A DNA stretch of 64,000 bases from Octopus sinensis (GCF_006345805.1 NC_043016.1:1736001-1800000), one strand, 5' to 3'; counted from the first letter of the stretch, positions 27,400 through 40,302 are shown. Notes: generated from the sequence alone by a model not told the origin. Numbers and translations: made by a program.

Positions 27400-27790
27400 A
27401 ATAGGGGTACCTTATGCTGTCCAGGCTATATTATTAGCATCATGCTACGTTTGAGAATTTAAAATCACTTCTTTGACTTTCTAAGACATCTCAACACTTC
27501 TAAAGCAAACTTCGTTTGTTTGTTTACGTTCATCGTAATTTGAATTTAACGCATGATAGCGTCTCATAAAGCGAGATTTTTATATATCTTAAAATTGCGG
27601 AAGAATTTGTGGTGTCGGCGGTTTAGCTTAATGTTTCAGAGCACCGCGCCGCGTAATCACGGAGGTGTGAGTTCGTGTCTCATAGCCGACCACCAACATT
27701 TTTTTCTGCAAAACAGGGGTAGCTTATCCTGTTCAGGCTATATTATTAGCATCATCCTGCGTTTGTGAATTTAAAATCACTTCTTTAACT
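27400..27790. repeat. Direct repeat pair of ~80 bp (27400-27482 and 27710-27790)
   Basis: CAGGCTATATTATTAGCATCAT...GAATTTAAAATCACTTCTTT occurs twice. Confidence 0.75.
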
Positions 27791-27791
27791 T

Positions 27792-27912
<121 letters not shown>

Positions 27913-27999
27913 TTAGAAAAAACTTAGAAATGTTTCGACCAGAGATTGGTCCAGGCCATGTCTAACTTAATAGCACCACCTGATAGGATTATTCGAATC

Positions 28000-28179
28000 C
28001 TGTTTAAGTCAAGTTTTGTTCAAGTAGTGAGTTCTTGTTGGGTGAGTTGTATCCAATTATGGGTGGCTTATCTGGTATTCTTTGAAGGAATCTATCCAGA
28101 CTCTGTTTGAAGTTGATGGGATCCTTTTCCTCTTTGATCTCCCTCGGGACAATGTTAAATAGGGCAGGGCCTGTTGAGG

Positions 28180-28185
<6 letters not shown>
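28000..28185 (-). mobile_element. CR1-type LINE 3'-terminal fragment
   Basis: GPALFNIVPREIKE...FKQSLDRFLQRIPDKP, similar to the peptide at 63097-63327. Confidence 0.75.
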
Positions 28186-28220
<35 letters not shown>

Positions 28221-28223
<3 letters not shown>

Positions 28224-28535
28224 CGGAGTAAACACATAAATGTGAAACAAGGTGGAAAAAAGAGTACTCAAATAGCAGTGGTAGAGAATATGCTTTATTT
28301 AAATCACCAGAAAATTCAACAAAACCTGTTACTACTCTGAGTTTCGGGTTGCCGTTCATCGGACAGTTTTTGCTAGATTCTAGCAAAACTGTTCGATGAA
28401 CGGCAACGCGAAACTCAGAGTAGTAACAGGTTTTGTTGAATTTTCTGGTGATTTAAATAAAGCATATTACTCTACCACTGCTATTTGAGTACTCTTTTTT
28501 CCACCTTGTTTCACATTTATGTGTTTACTCTGGTG
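28221..28535. repeat. Near-perfect fold-back palindrome (~157-bp arms, ~1-nt loop) of PLE-terminal-repeat-like sequence with a hammerhead-like motif in each arm
   Basis: CACCGGAGTAAACACATAAATG...TGCTAGA T TCTAGCA...CATTTATGTGTTTACTCTGGTG. Confidence 0.9.
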
Positions 28536-28935
28536 TAACCCGCTCCTTATAAAAGTTTGAGCGACTCTGCACAAGTAGGAAGAATAAACAGCTGAAAAAG
28601 ATGGAACTTTACCCGCTATATATATATATATATATGTATATATATTTCTATATATATATATGCATATATATATAGATATATATACAGATATGTATATATA
28701 TATACATATATGTATATATATATGCACAAATGTATATATATATGTATGCATATATATAAACATATATATATATGCATCCATACATACATGCAAAATCTTT
28801 GTATGTATGTGTGTATGTATATATGTATATGTGTATATGTGTATGTACATATACATGTACACATAGGTATAACCACAGACACATTCGTACACACACACAC
28901 ACACTCACACACATACACACACACGCACACACGCA

Positions 28936-29110
28936 GGTACAAGGGTGGTGACAAGTTAATAGCGTTGGGTAAAAGAAAATACGGGAGGATCAGTTAAGTA
29001 TGATTTTTTTCAACATATTCCTCTCCCAGATTCACGCACTTGTAGCAGTCTTTCAGGTTTCTTAAGTCTTGCAAAGGAATTCGAAAGGCTGGGCTTCCAA
29101 TCAGGCCCTT
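28936..29110. mobile_element. Probable mariner-type terminal fragment
   Basis: TACAAGGGTGGTGACAAGT terminus followed by TTTTTCAACATATTCCTCTC, resembling mariner 3' ends. Confidence 0.4.
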
Positions 29111-30304
29111 GATGCTAGGAACTTTTCAACACCCTCTTTGGGCGTTTGAGCTACTGTCATGTTTCAACAAGGAGTACGTTTTGACATTTATTTTCAGTCA
29201 CTACAATTGTTTCTACACAACATAGTTCTCCAGGCATGCAGGTACTTGAATATGCAACCGTTTCCCTACATTATGAGATCTAGTTGTGTTTCCTCAGGCA
29301 ATATGTAAATATTGTCTCCGTAAGTTGAAATTCTCAGCTCAAGAGCATCCTCTCTGTCATGGCCTGGAGTTAGAAGTAGCTACTGAGTCTATCAAGGTAT
29401 GTTGGTGCTGAAAAACCATTAGTAATCTGCTTTGAATGTGTAGATGTTGTGGGATAGTGATTCTGTTACTGTTAAAGTGGTTGCCATTTTAAAGGGATTG
29501 GCATTTGATTTCTTTGTACTGTTAACTTGTTCTTCATGGTAGGTTACACATGCAACTCTCCTTAGCTGACCTTTCAGAATCAGCCCACATGTACACATAT
29601 ATAGGCGTTCACATATACTTCCATATACATACTAACTCTCGGACATGTACACACACACACACACACACACACAAATACATACACGCACACAAACACACAC
29701 ATATATACATACACACACATATAAGGATACAGATGTATGTATATATCGGTATGTAAAGGTTATATTTGTATATGTATATTTATAATACCAACCATACCCA
29801 CACGTTCGCTTCCTAGGGCCAGCATGCATCGAACGTATCTAGGTGCTCTGCATGAGAATTTTTTAAGCAAATATCTGAGAGGGTTAAACATAGAAAAGAA
29901 AAGACGTAAGTTCTCTAGTGCATGACTGGAGAGTTATTTATCATACCGGGGATGAGACGAAATATGAAGACTGAACATAAAATTTGGGAACAAACATCGC
30001 AGCGCATCTTGTCTATGGTTTTAACAGTTTCGCTGATCGATTCGGGATCGATAATAATACTAGCTCTGGGCATATATTTTAACTATCGACCGCGAAATAT
30101 TGATGAAAGCATAGCTGACGTCATCAGGATTGAGACTGAGGACACTGTGAGCCAAACCATATTCTGCAATGCCCTCTATCTGACGATCTAACAATTCTGT
30201 AATTCATCACTTCACTATGCATATAAGTTACCCAAAGTTTTATCCTATAGAAAGGGATACCAGCTAAGGATTTAGTCTCTGGTGTTTTGTTTCTATAGAG
30301 AGCA

Positions 30305-30608
30305 GTGCTTAGGTGTGGTGGTGGCTGTGCATGTGGTAGTGGTGGTGGTGGTAGTGTTGGTGGTGGTGGTAGTGGTGGTGGTGGTAGTGGTAGTGGTGGT
30401 GGTGGTGGTGGTGGTGGTGGAGGTGGTGGTGGTGGTGGTGGTTCTGGTGGTGGTGGTGGTGGTGGTGGTGTTAGTTGTGGTGGTGGTGGTAGTGTTTGTG
30501 GTGGTAGTGGTGGTAGTAGTGGTGGTTGTAGTGGTGGTGGTGGTAGTGGTGGTAGTAGAGGTGGCGGTAGTGGTGGTAGTAGAGGTGGTGGTGGTAGTGG
30601 TGGTGGCA
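30305..30608. repeat. (GGT)n/(GTA) degenerate triplet array
   Basis: Read directly; explains the poly-P/V/T/G ORFs. Confidence 0.95.
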
Positions 30609-30966
30609 TGGTGGAGAATCAATAACGTTTGTAAGTTCTTCCAGATTGGTGATATTAATGCGGTCAATATTCAACAACATCTGTAGATCGATGCATGCAA
30701 TAAATCTGTGTGTGTGCATATTGGTGTTTGTGTGTGTATGTGTGTGTGTGTGTGTTTGTCTGTGTGTGTAAAAGGTGGTGGGCGAGAAACGGAAATCTGT
30801 GCGAGAAGTTGCAACAGATTGAACACCTTTGAACAGCCCGGGATACACACTCACACAGCGTATACATATACACATATGATTATATATGAATGATACAAAC
30901 TGCGATACAAATATATGTATGCATACACACACTCACATACACCTATACACACACAAACACTTGCAC

Positions 30967-31000
<34 letters not shown>

Positions 31001-31013
31001 CATTATACACATA

Positions 31014-31506
31014 CACTGAAAACATGCCCCTTCACACACACATACACACACACATGGCATCCTTTTGTCTCTGGAGACAATGGGGTTGCGCATAAAATAA
31101 TCCAGTCTGATTTTCAATGAAGTGTCCTCTCCAGTTTCCTCTCCAGTGTTGTGCCTGCCTGGGCTAGATGTAAGAAAATCCTGGGTAGCCCAATCGTCAG
31201 GATTCCTCTCGTGACCTTGCTGACATAGTCCAAAGGAGTGCAGAACATTACGTTTGGCACCAGCTTGGTTGCAGGAGCTGCCGGAAGAGTGTCAAATCGA
31301 ACACTAAACCGGCTACGGGGCTCCACTCCGGATATCTTTAAAGATTGTCTCCTTTCTGTAACCCTGGATAGGGGCCCGTACCGGGTACTGTCAGCCGGAG
31401 CCAGCTGAGAATGGGCCTCGTGTCAAGCAGGGTCGTCACTCCCTGAAGTAGTGAAGAAAATCGCTACACGCTACCTAATGTGTGTGTGGTGTGTGTATAT
31501 GTATAT

Positions 31507-31540
<34 letters not shown>

Positions 31541-31835
31541 ATATATATATAATAGAAATATTAAAATTACTAAGTCTCTCTAAAAGAGAACAGCGGCAGC
31601 GTTCCCGAAAATAATAGTTATCGCCATACTAATATGGCATTCTTATAAAAATAAGAATAAAGCTGTCCGCTTATTAGCTCCATGAGGCCATCGCCTTAAG
31701 TTAGCTATTTGATACACAACTGTATCCATATAACCTTCGAACAAGGGAGGTCAGTCGCTCCACACTACTTGACCGGCAGCTACAGACGCGTTTCGGGGTA
31801 TTGCCCCTTTTCAATGCTGCATTGAAAAGGGGCAA

Positions 31836-31871
<36 letters not shown>

Positions 31872-32360
31872 CATATACCACACACCACATACACATTTAG
31901 GTAGTGTGTAGCGATTTTCTTCACTACTTCAGGGAGTGACGACCCTGCTTGACACGAGGCCCATTCTCAGCTGGCTCCGGCTGACTGTACCCGGTACGGG
32001 CCCCTATCCAGGGTTACAGAAAGGAGACAATCTTTAAAGATATCCGGAGTGGAGCCCCGTAGCCGGTTTAGTGTTCGATTTGACACTCTTCCGGCATCTC
32101 CTGCAACCAAGCTGGTGCCAAACGTAATGCTCTGCACTCCTTTGGACTATGTCAGCAAGGTCACGAGAGGAATCCTGACGATTGGGCTACCCAGGATTTT
32201 CTTACATCTAGCCCAGGCAGGCACAACACTGGAGAGGAAACTGGAGAGGACACTTCATTGAAAATCAGACTGGATTATTTTATGCGCAACCCCATTGTCT
32301 CAGAGACAAAAGGATGCCATGTGTGTGTGTATGTGTGTGTGAAGGGGCATATTTTCAGTG
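31014..32360. repeat. Young inverted duplication with ~490-bp arms (31014-31505 and 31866-32360) and a ~360-bp spacer
   Basis: Arms differ at only a few positions; the same 70-aa ORF appears on opposite strands (31114-31326 and 32049-32261). The arm core resembles a LINE (RTE-like) 5' region. Confidence 0.92.
31779..31820 (-). ncRNA. Type I hammerhead-like motif with U3-A8 variant core
   Basis: GCAGCA UUGAAAA GGGG CAAUA CCCC GAAAC GC GUC UGUAGC. Confidence 0.7.
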
Positions 32361-32662
32361 GTTAGAGCGTCGTTCACACAATCATGAGATAGTGGTTTCC
32401 GGACCGGGGTGTGTCTTGTGTCCTTGAATAAGACACTTCATTTCACGTTGCTTCTATTCACTCAGATGTAGAAATGCGTTTCACTGGTGCTAAGCTGTGT
32501 CGGCCTTTGACTTTCTCTTGGTCAACATCTGTAGCGTTGAGAGGAGAGGACGGTATGTACGGGTGACTGCTGGTCTTCCATAAACAACATTGCCCGGACT
32601 TGTGTCTGGGAGGGTAACTTTCTAGGTGCAATCCCAGTCATTCATGACCGAAGGGGGTCCTC
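32356..32662 (+). mobile_element. tRNA-derived SINE, family 2, 5'-clipped
   Basis: GTGGTTAGAGCGTC head and GTGTCCTTGAATAAGACAC; homologous to 36543-36880 and 45329-45637. Confidence 0.85.
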
Positions 32663-32702
32663 ACCCTTTATACACACACACGCACGCACACACACATACG
32701 CG

Positions 32703-32745
<43 letters not shown>

Positions 32746-32957
32746 TGTTCATGAAATGGAAAACAACTATCTTTTAAAGCCTTTAATTTATTACAAGTAT
32801 TATATAATCTTTATGATGATTATAAAATTATAGAGATAAAAATTTGCTAATTCTAGCAGATTCATCATTTAGCTGTGCGGTTTTAGCTTATAATTGCATT
32901 GCCGTGACCCTTTGCAACGGACAAGTTCGTGACTAACAGCACCATTATTATCATCAA

Positions 32958-33001
32958 TTCATCTGATGAAGAGACCGGGGTGGTCTAAAAGTGTTTATGG
33001 A
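32958..33001 (+). ncRNA. Decayed hammerhead-like motif
   Basis: UUCAU CUGAUGA AG AGACC GGGGU GGUCU ... AUGGA; the GAAAC segment has degenerated to AAAAG. Confidence 0.45.
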
Positions 33002-33520
33002 CTTATAAATTTGAGAACACTATTGGAGCAAAAGAATTAAATAAAACAGTCTTAGTAGAAGACGCAGTAAACATGACTTTAAAAACACGCACGCACACGC
33101 ACGCACATACGTACATATATTTACATACCTTCGTATACATACATATATTCGTCCACTCTGAGATAAAGCTAATCAGTCAGAACAGGATATCGGATAGACA
33201 AATGAAAAGCAAAGGGGGAGAGGAAAAAGAGGATTGATAGGTAAATAGAGAAAGAAATAAAGGGCTAGCAGGATAAATAAATTGATAGAGGGAAGGGGAA
33301 GGAGAGAGAAAGGAGGATAGAGAGGGGAAGAGAAAGAGGGGCCGGGTAGCAGATTGTGATAAGAAGACTGACTTCAATGTGAAAGAGGCGACGAATGCGT
33401 AGGATCAGATCTGAGCTTTAAGTATGCTCTCAGATAATGTTCGTTTAGGAAATACTAACAGTAATAATCACAACAGCAAAAGCAGCACTCACACCTCACC
33501 ACCATCACCCCACCACCACC

Positions 33521-33562
<42 letters not shown>

Positions 33563-33563
<1 letters not shown>

Positions 33564-33965
33564 GAGTGGCCGTGTGGTAAGTAGCTTGCTAACCAACCAC
33601 ATGGTTCCGGGTTCAGTCCCACTGCGTGGCACCTTGGGCAAGTGTCTTCTGCTATAGCCCCGGGCCGACCAATGCCTTGTGAGTGGATTTGGTAGGCGGA
33701 AACTGAAAGAAGCCTGTCGTATATATGTATGTATATATATTTGTGTGTGTGTTTGTGTGTCAGTGTTTGTCCCCCTAGCATTGCTTGACAACCGATGCTG
33801 GTGTGTTTACGTCCCCGTCACTTAGCGGTTCGGCAAAAAGAGACCGATAGAATAAGTACTGGGCTTACAAAGAATAAGTCCCGGGGTCGATTTGCTCGAC
33901 TAAAGGCGGTGCTCCAGCATGGCCGCAGTCAAATGACTGAAACAAGTAAAAGAGTAAAAGAGAGT
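33563..33965 (+). mobile_element. tRNA-derived SINE, family 1, full length
   Basis: A-box-like TGGCCGTGTGG, B-box-like GGTTCAGTCCC, GGCAAGTGTCTTCTGCTATAGCC, an internal (TG)/(TA) tract and an (AAAGAGT)n tail. Confidence 0.9.
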
Positions 33966-33987
33966 AAATAAAAATGATAATAATAAT

Positions 33988-34197
33988 AATGCTCCTTTCT
34001 ACTACAGGTACAAGGCCTTAGATTTGATGGGAGGGGGCCACTTGATTAGATCAACCATAGTACGCCACTGGAATTTAATTCATCGCCCCGGAAAGGTAAA
34101 GTCGACTTCATTGGAATTTGAACTCAAAAAGTAGCGACGGATGAAATACCGCTGAGCATTTTGTCCGGCGTGCTAACGATTCTGCCAGCGCACCGAC

Positions 34198-34235
<38 letters not shown>

Positions 34236-34322
34236 CATAATCATAATAATAATAATAATAATAATAATGGTATAGTACTAGTAGTAGTGGTGGTGGTGGT
34301 GGTGGTGGTATTATTATTATTA

Positions 34323-34390
<68 letters not shown>

Positions 34391-34396
34391 TTTTAT

Positions 34397-34430
<34 letters not shown>

Positions 34431-34643
34431 TCTCTCTACTATAACCACAAACCCTGAAATTTGGGCAGAGGGATAATTCGATTCCATCGACTCCAGTGCA
34501 TAACTTGTACTTATTTCATCGAGTCCGAAAGGATGAAATGCAAAGTCGACAGCAGCGGAATTTGAACTCACAACGTAAAGACGGACGAAATGCCGCTAAG
34601 CATTTTGCCCGGTGTGCTAACGATTCTGCCAGCTCGGCGTCAT
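33988..34643 (+). mobile_element. Two copies (33988-34199 and 34425-34643) of a ~210-bp headless SINE-like repeat with AAT-rich tails
   Basis: Shared GGAATTTGAACTCA...GAAATRCCGCTRAGCATTTTG.CCGG.GTGCTAACGATTCTGCCAGC; related pieces at ~9080-9155 and ~44950-45130. Confidence 0.8.
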
Positions 34644-34672
34644 GATAATGATAATAGTGATTTCTTTTATGA

Positions 34673-34708
<36 letters not shown>

Positions 34709-34732
34709 CATAATAATAATAATAATAATAAT

Positions 34733-36517
34733 CTGATATGCTAAATAGAAATGGATACGGATACAAATGTTACGGCAAAACGATCAGCCACCTTTTATAT
34801 ATGGATGACCTAAAACTACACGCTGCAAATGACAAACAGCTGGAAACACTACTAAAGATAGTTCATGGATTCACCAAAGAAATAGATATGAAATTTGGAT
34901 TAGAAAAATACGCCAAAGTAACCCTGAAAAGAGGAAAACTAGTTAAGAGTAGCAACATCACACTAGATAAAGCCAATGAAATAAGAGAATTAGACCAAAA
35001 CCAAACTTACAAAAATTTAGGAATCCATGAACTAGATGAGTCACAACACACCCAAATGAAAGAGAAAATAACGAAACAATACTATAGACGAGTTAGATCA
35101 ATACTAAAACAGAGCTCAATGCTAAAAACAAAATGATAGATTTTAACACTTTAGCCGCCCCAGTTATAAGTTACAGCTACGATATCCTTAACTGAACTAA
35201 CCAAAATTGATAGGAAACAAGAAAAATAATGACCGGATCTAGGATGCATCACCCAAAATCTGACAGAGAAGGCTATATATACAACTTATAGAAGGTGGTA
35301 GAGGCCTTATAAAGCTGGAAACTACTATAAAATAACCACCATAGGACTGCAAACATACCTACTACAGAAGCAAGGAAAACTGAGACAAATAGCGGCAAAA
35401 CACGAGCAATACAAAAAATTGTTCTCAGTATTTAAGGAAGCTGACAAATACAAACAAGAAATCATATCACCTAACAAATATGAAGAAGAAGAAGAAGAAG
35501 AAGAAGAAGAAGAAGAAGAAGAAGAAGAAGAAGAAGAAGAAGAAGAAGAAGAAGAAGAAGAAGAAAAAGAAGAAAAAGAAGAAAACACAACAAAAGCTAT
35601 AAAGCAAATAAAATCAAAACTAAAACTAGAACAGCAATGGACCATGATAAAACGATGGCAAAAAAGCCCCTTCATGGAAAGTACTGGACTAAATTAAGTG
35701 CAAAAGAAATAGACAAAGAAAAATCCCAGCAATGGTTGAGATGCTCAGGACTCAAAACAGAGACAGAAGGATTTTTAATTGCAGCACAAGACCGAAGCCT
35801 CCCCACCAGAAATTACCAAAAACATGTAATGAAAAGAAATATAACAAGTAACTGCAGAATATGTGGAGATGGACAAGAAACAATAAATCATATTATCTCT
35901 GGCTGCCCAGTCCTGGCTAGAAGGAATATATTCACAGACACGACAAAGTTGGGACCTACATACACTGGAAGCTATGCCAACATTATGGAATAACAACAAA
36001 AAAAAGATGGTATAGGCACACACCAGAAAAGGTCACAGAAAACGAGAAAGCAACCATACTCTGGTATATGCCAATACACACAGATAGAGAAATTAAGGTC
36101 AACAGACCAGATATAGTTGTCAGAGATCATGAAGAAAAAAAATGCTTTCTAATTGAAATATCAATACCAGTAGATGACAACATTTCTCTAAAAGAAATGG
36201 AGAAACTTTCAAAATACAAAGACCTGGAAATAGAGGTAACTAGAATGTGGAATGTAAAAACAGAAAAAATGCTATCATAGTAGGTTCATTAGACATGATA
36301 AAAAAATATTCAGACAAATACATAACAAAAACACCAGGATTTACAAACACATATAACATACAGAAAATTGCACTACTAGGCACTGCACACATCCTACGCA
36401 GAACACTTTCCATACAATAACCATCAGAGCTTCACAACAAATCACAGCACAAAGCCAAGGCACACAGAGCTGCGCTCGGTAGTGAAGTGAAAGCACGCTA
36501 TAAAAATAAAACTACTG
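34733..36517 (+). mobile_element. R4/Dong-like RLE LINE, family B, 5'-truncated, with an internal (GAA)n expansion
   Basis: SHLLYMDDLKLH (RT), CRICGDGQETINHIISGC, NRPDIVVRD...FLIEISIP (RLE); (AAT)n flanks; same 3' end as 7742. Confidence 0.9.
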
Positions 36518-36542
36518 AATAATAATAATAATAATAATAATT

Positions 36543-36879
36543 GAAGACCCCCTTCGGTCATGAGTGACCATGGGTTTGCACCTAGAGAGTTACCCTCTGA
36601 GGCACAAGTCTGGGCAAGGTTGTTTTATGGAAGACCAGTAGTCGCCCATGCATACCGGCCCTCCCCTCTCCACGCCACCAGTGTTATCCAAGGGAAAGAC
36701 AAAGGTCGATACAGCTTGGCACCTGTGACGTCGCAACTCATTTCTACAGCTGAGTGAACTGGAGCAACGTGAAATAAAGTGTCTTGCTCAAGAACACAAC
36801 ACGCAAGCCCGGTCCGGGATTCGAGCTCACAACCTCCGATCGTAAGCTCGACGCTCTAACCACTGAGCCATGCGCCTTC

Positions 36880-36880
<1 letters not shown>
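36543..36880 (-). mobile_element. tRNA-derived SINE, family 2, full length, in (AAT)n
   Basis: Minus strand has TGGCTCAGTGGTTAGAGC (A box) and GAGCTCGAATCCC (B-box-like). Confidence 0.88.
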
Positions 36881-36921
<41 letters not shown>

Positions 36922-36943
36922 TTAATAATAATAATAATAATAA

Positions 36944-37497
36944 ATGCCCTGATGCAGTACCAGGCAGTGGCTCTCATGGCTTCTGATCTTAACTGATTGG
37001 AAGTGTTATCATGTACATTGTTTTATTTTGGTATAAAAGATGGGCTACGTCAAATATTCTGCTCAATACCACAGATTTGCCTGTCAGTTGTTTTACCTTA
37101 ACCAGTTGAGCATGTCCCTTAGTGGCTGACGATATGTGCATCTCTGATCACGAGCAGAAGTAGTGAGGGAGCATCATAGCCATGTGTTGAGAGGGATTCT
37201 TTTGGGTTTGAATAATTCACCTCTGGAAACATAGGTGTTTCGTTCAACATCCTAAAGCAACCCTTATTCAGGGACCGTTTGAGCGGGATGGGCTACTCAA
37301 TCTGAAGAAAATTCTAACTGGGCCCCACCTGCAAGGTCAGGTGCTGTTTATCTTGATATGAGATCACCATGTCGCGCATATATGGTTGTGATGCATGTGC
37401 CTGGTGTACCCTTATCAGACGGGTAGTCATGATGGGTATATTAGGCTTCGTATATTTCACCCCAGTGTCACTTTGATGGCATGCACTGCTCTCTCAC
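36944..37497 (+). mobile_element. ~550-bp unclassified repeat, copy 3
   Basis: ATGCCCTGATGCAGTACC...GCTCTCTCAC with (AAT)n on both flanks. Confidence 0.9.
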
Positions 37498-37519
37498 ATA
37501 ATAATAATAATAATAACAA

Positions 37520-37990
37520 TAATAATTTCTTTTATTGATATAGAGGACAATATCAAATGACGAGAAACAATACAGTTAAGTAGGTGGAGTTTACATCGAC
37601 CAAAGGGAAATACTACAAGAATAAAGAATATAACAAAAGGTATATGTAAATAGAAGTTAGAGAAATAAATAAAAAAATTAATAAATAGAATCCCCAATAA
37701 GTCCACGCAAAAAAAAAACAACAAAAATAAACCCGAATTGCTCTGCCATCGCCAAGGCATGGAAAATGCCATCTTCCTGTTTAGAATAGCATACTCTGAG
37801 CCGATCCATTCAGTCTAGTCAGTCTTGTCACTCTTGCCCATCTTTTGATAAACACACCAGAAGGCAGCACCTCCTTCTCTACGCTCACCTTACTCTTCAA
37901 ACAATATCTGAAGAAATTGGTGAACGCTTGAGCAGATAGGAAATTGCCTGCCTTCAAACCTTTCAAATAGGTCTTCCACTCGGCTTCTTT
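37520..37990 (-). mobile_element. Tx1-type ORF2 C-terminus and 3' UTR fragment
   Basis: FTNFFRYCLKSKVSVEKEVL..FIKRWARV is homologous to 941-1267; AATAAA precedes the triplet repeat. Confidence 0.7.
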
Positions 37991-38074
37991 TGCTACAAAC
38001 CACTATGTAGAAAATGTGGTGCATTGACCATCACTATATGCTCGGCAGACAAATGGATTCGTTTTATACGACAT

Positions 38075-38166
38075 ACCAATAATAATAATATAATAATGAT
38101 AATAATAATAATAATATAATAATAATAATAATATGATAATAATATATTAATAATAACGATAATAAT

Positions 38167-38207
<41 letters not shown>

Positions 38208-38325
38208 TAATAATAATAATGATAACAATAATAATAACAATAATAATAATAATAATAATGATAATAATAATTATAATTATAATAATAATATTAATAATAT
38301 TAATAATAATAATAATAATAATTGT
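38075..38325. repeat. (AAT)n microsatellite without an insertion
   Basis: Read directly from the sequence. Confidence 0.95.
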
Positions 38326-39260
38326 AACAAAGTATATGTTGATCGCCCTTTTTCCATATCCCTTCAACTTCCTTAACCGGTAGCTATGTGTGTATCTGTG
38401 TTTTTGTGTATGTGTGTGTGTGTATTTATGTGTGTATGTATGTGTGAGTGTGCGTGTGTGTTTGTGTTTGTGTTGTGTGTGTATTTGTGTCATATCCGCC
38501 TTATCGCATGTGACCTTTTTCTTAGTCACTATCTTTTTTCAATTTTTTATTCTCACAGATTGAGGACGTTAATGTCTTTGGTCTTATCACATACTACAAG
38601 TAAAGAAATTAAAAACACACACTCACATACATACTCATGTGTGCGCACCTGCGTATAATGATATATATATATATATATACATATAATATATATATATATT
38701 ATATATATACATATACGTATACACACATATGTATAGGAAGTATGAAGCATGAAGATAAAAAAGAGAGGGAAAGGGAGAGAGAGAGAGAGAGAATGTAAGT
38801 CGTTGTGAACTTAGTTTCACTGCTAATGCTAACATAAGCAGTATGTGTGATTATTGTAAAAGGAGAATATGCTGGCAAATATACACAGATTGATAAACAA
38901 ATATACATATTCCAAAGTATATTTACATATACGGTCTTAAATATACAAACATCCACTCGATACGTGTACATAGACTTAATATATACACATGAACATAACC
39001 CTTAGATCATAAATACTATCTACATTCGTAAATTTATGCATGCATAAATAAATACACTCACCAACACTCCTAGAGAGGACACACGTATAAGAATATACTT
39101 ATTATAATTAATACGCATAACATGTCATCCAGTCTCTATAACAAGCAATCCTGTCCCTCGCCTCATCCTGCCTTATTAAACACTTTTCAAGGACAACTTT
39201 TCTCTTTGTTTTTGCTATGTTGCTATTCTAATTAGTAGCAGTAATTGCAGTGTATTCGTA

Positions 39261-39303
<43 letters not shown>

Positions 39304-39304
39304 A

Positions 39305-39694
39305 GGACTGGCTGTGTGGTAAGTAGCTTGCTTAAGAACCACATAGTTTCAGGTTCAGTTCCACTGCGTGGCATCTTGGACAAGTGTCTTCTACTATAGC
39401 CTCGGGCCGACCAAGCCTTGTGAGTGGATTTGGTAGACGGAGACTGAAAGAAGCCCGTCGTATATACGAATATATATATATATATATGTGTGGGTGTTTG
39501 TGTGTGTGTCTGGTGTTTGTCCTCCAAGATCGCTTGACAACCGATGCTGGTGTATATAGTCCCCGTAACTTAACGGTTCGGCAAAAGAGGCTTACAAAGA
39601 ATATGTCCTGGGGTCGATTTTCTCGACTAAAGGCGGTGCTTCAGCATAGCCAGTCAAATGACTGAAACAAGTAAAAGAGTAAAACAGTAAAAGA

Positions 39695-39745
<51 letters not shown>

Positions 39746-40290
39746 CGCAGGAGTTGCTGTGTGGCATGGTTCCGGGTGCTGTTCCAGTGCGTGGCACCTT
39801 AAGCATGTATTTTCTACTATAGCTCTGTGAGTGGATTTTGTGGATGAAAAGTGAAAGAAGCATGTCATACATATATATATATATTTTTTTTCCTTTTTTA
39901 CTTGTTTCAGTCATTTGACTGCGGCCATGCTGGAGCACCGCCTTTAGTCGAGCACATCGAACCCGGGACTTATTCTTTGTAAGCCCAGTACTTATTCAAT
40001 CAGTCTCTTTTTGTCGAACCGCTAAGTGACGGAGGACATAAACATACCAGCATCGGTTGTCAGCAATGCTAGGGGGACAAACACAGAAACACAAACATAT
40101 ACACACATTATATATATATATACATATATACGACAGGCTTCTTTCAGTCCGTCTACCAAATCCACTCACAAGGCATTGGTCGGCCCGGGGCTATAGCGAA
40201 GACACTTGTCCAAGATGCCACGCAGTGGGACTGAACCCGGAACCATGGTGTTGGTAAGCAAGCTACTTACCACACAGCCACTCATGCGCC
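39305..40290. mobile_element. Cluster of family 1 SINEs: + 39305-39696, partial + 39743-39868, - 39893-40290
   Basis: Each aligns by eye to 33563-33965. Confidence 0.88.
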
Positions 40291-40302
40291 TATATATATA
40301 TA

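Noticed and set aside
27930-27965. GACCA-ATCTC-TGGTC-GAAAC hairpin on the minus strand
   Set aside because: It has stem II and GAAAC but no CUGANGA core; at best a deleted hammerhead remnant.
29922-30191. 89-aa ORF with a hydrophobic stretch
   Set aside because: No recognisable motif or splice support, and the length is compatible with chance.
33563-33640. tRNA-like A/B boxes here and at 36800-36880 and 45329-45395
   Set aside because: They continue into shared SINE bodies and do not form a full cloverleaf, so they are SINE heads rather than tRNA genes.
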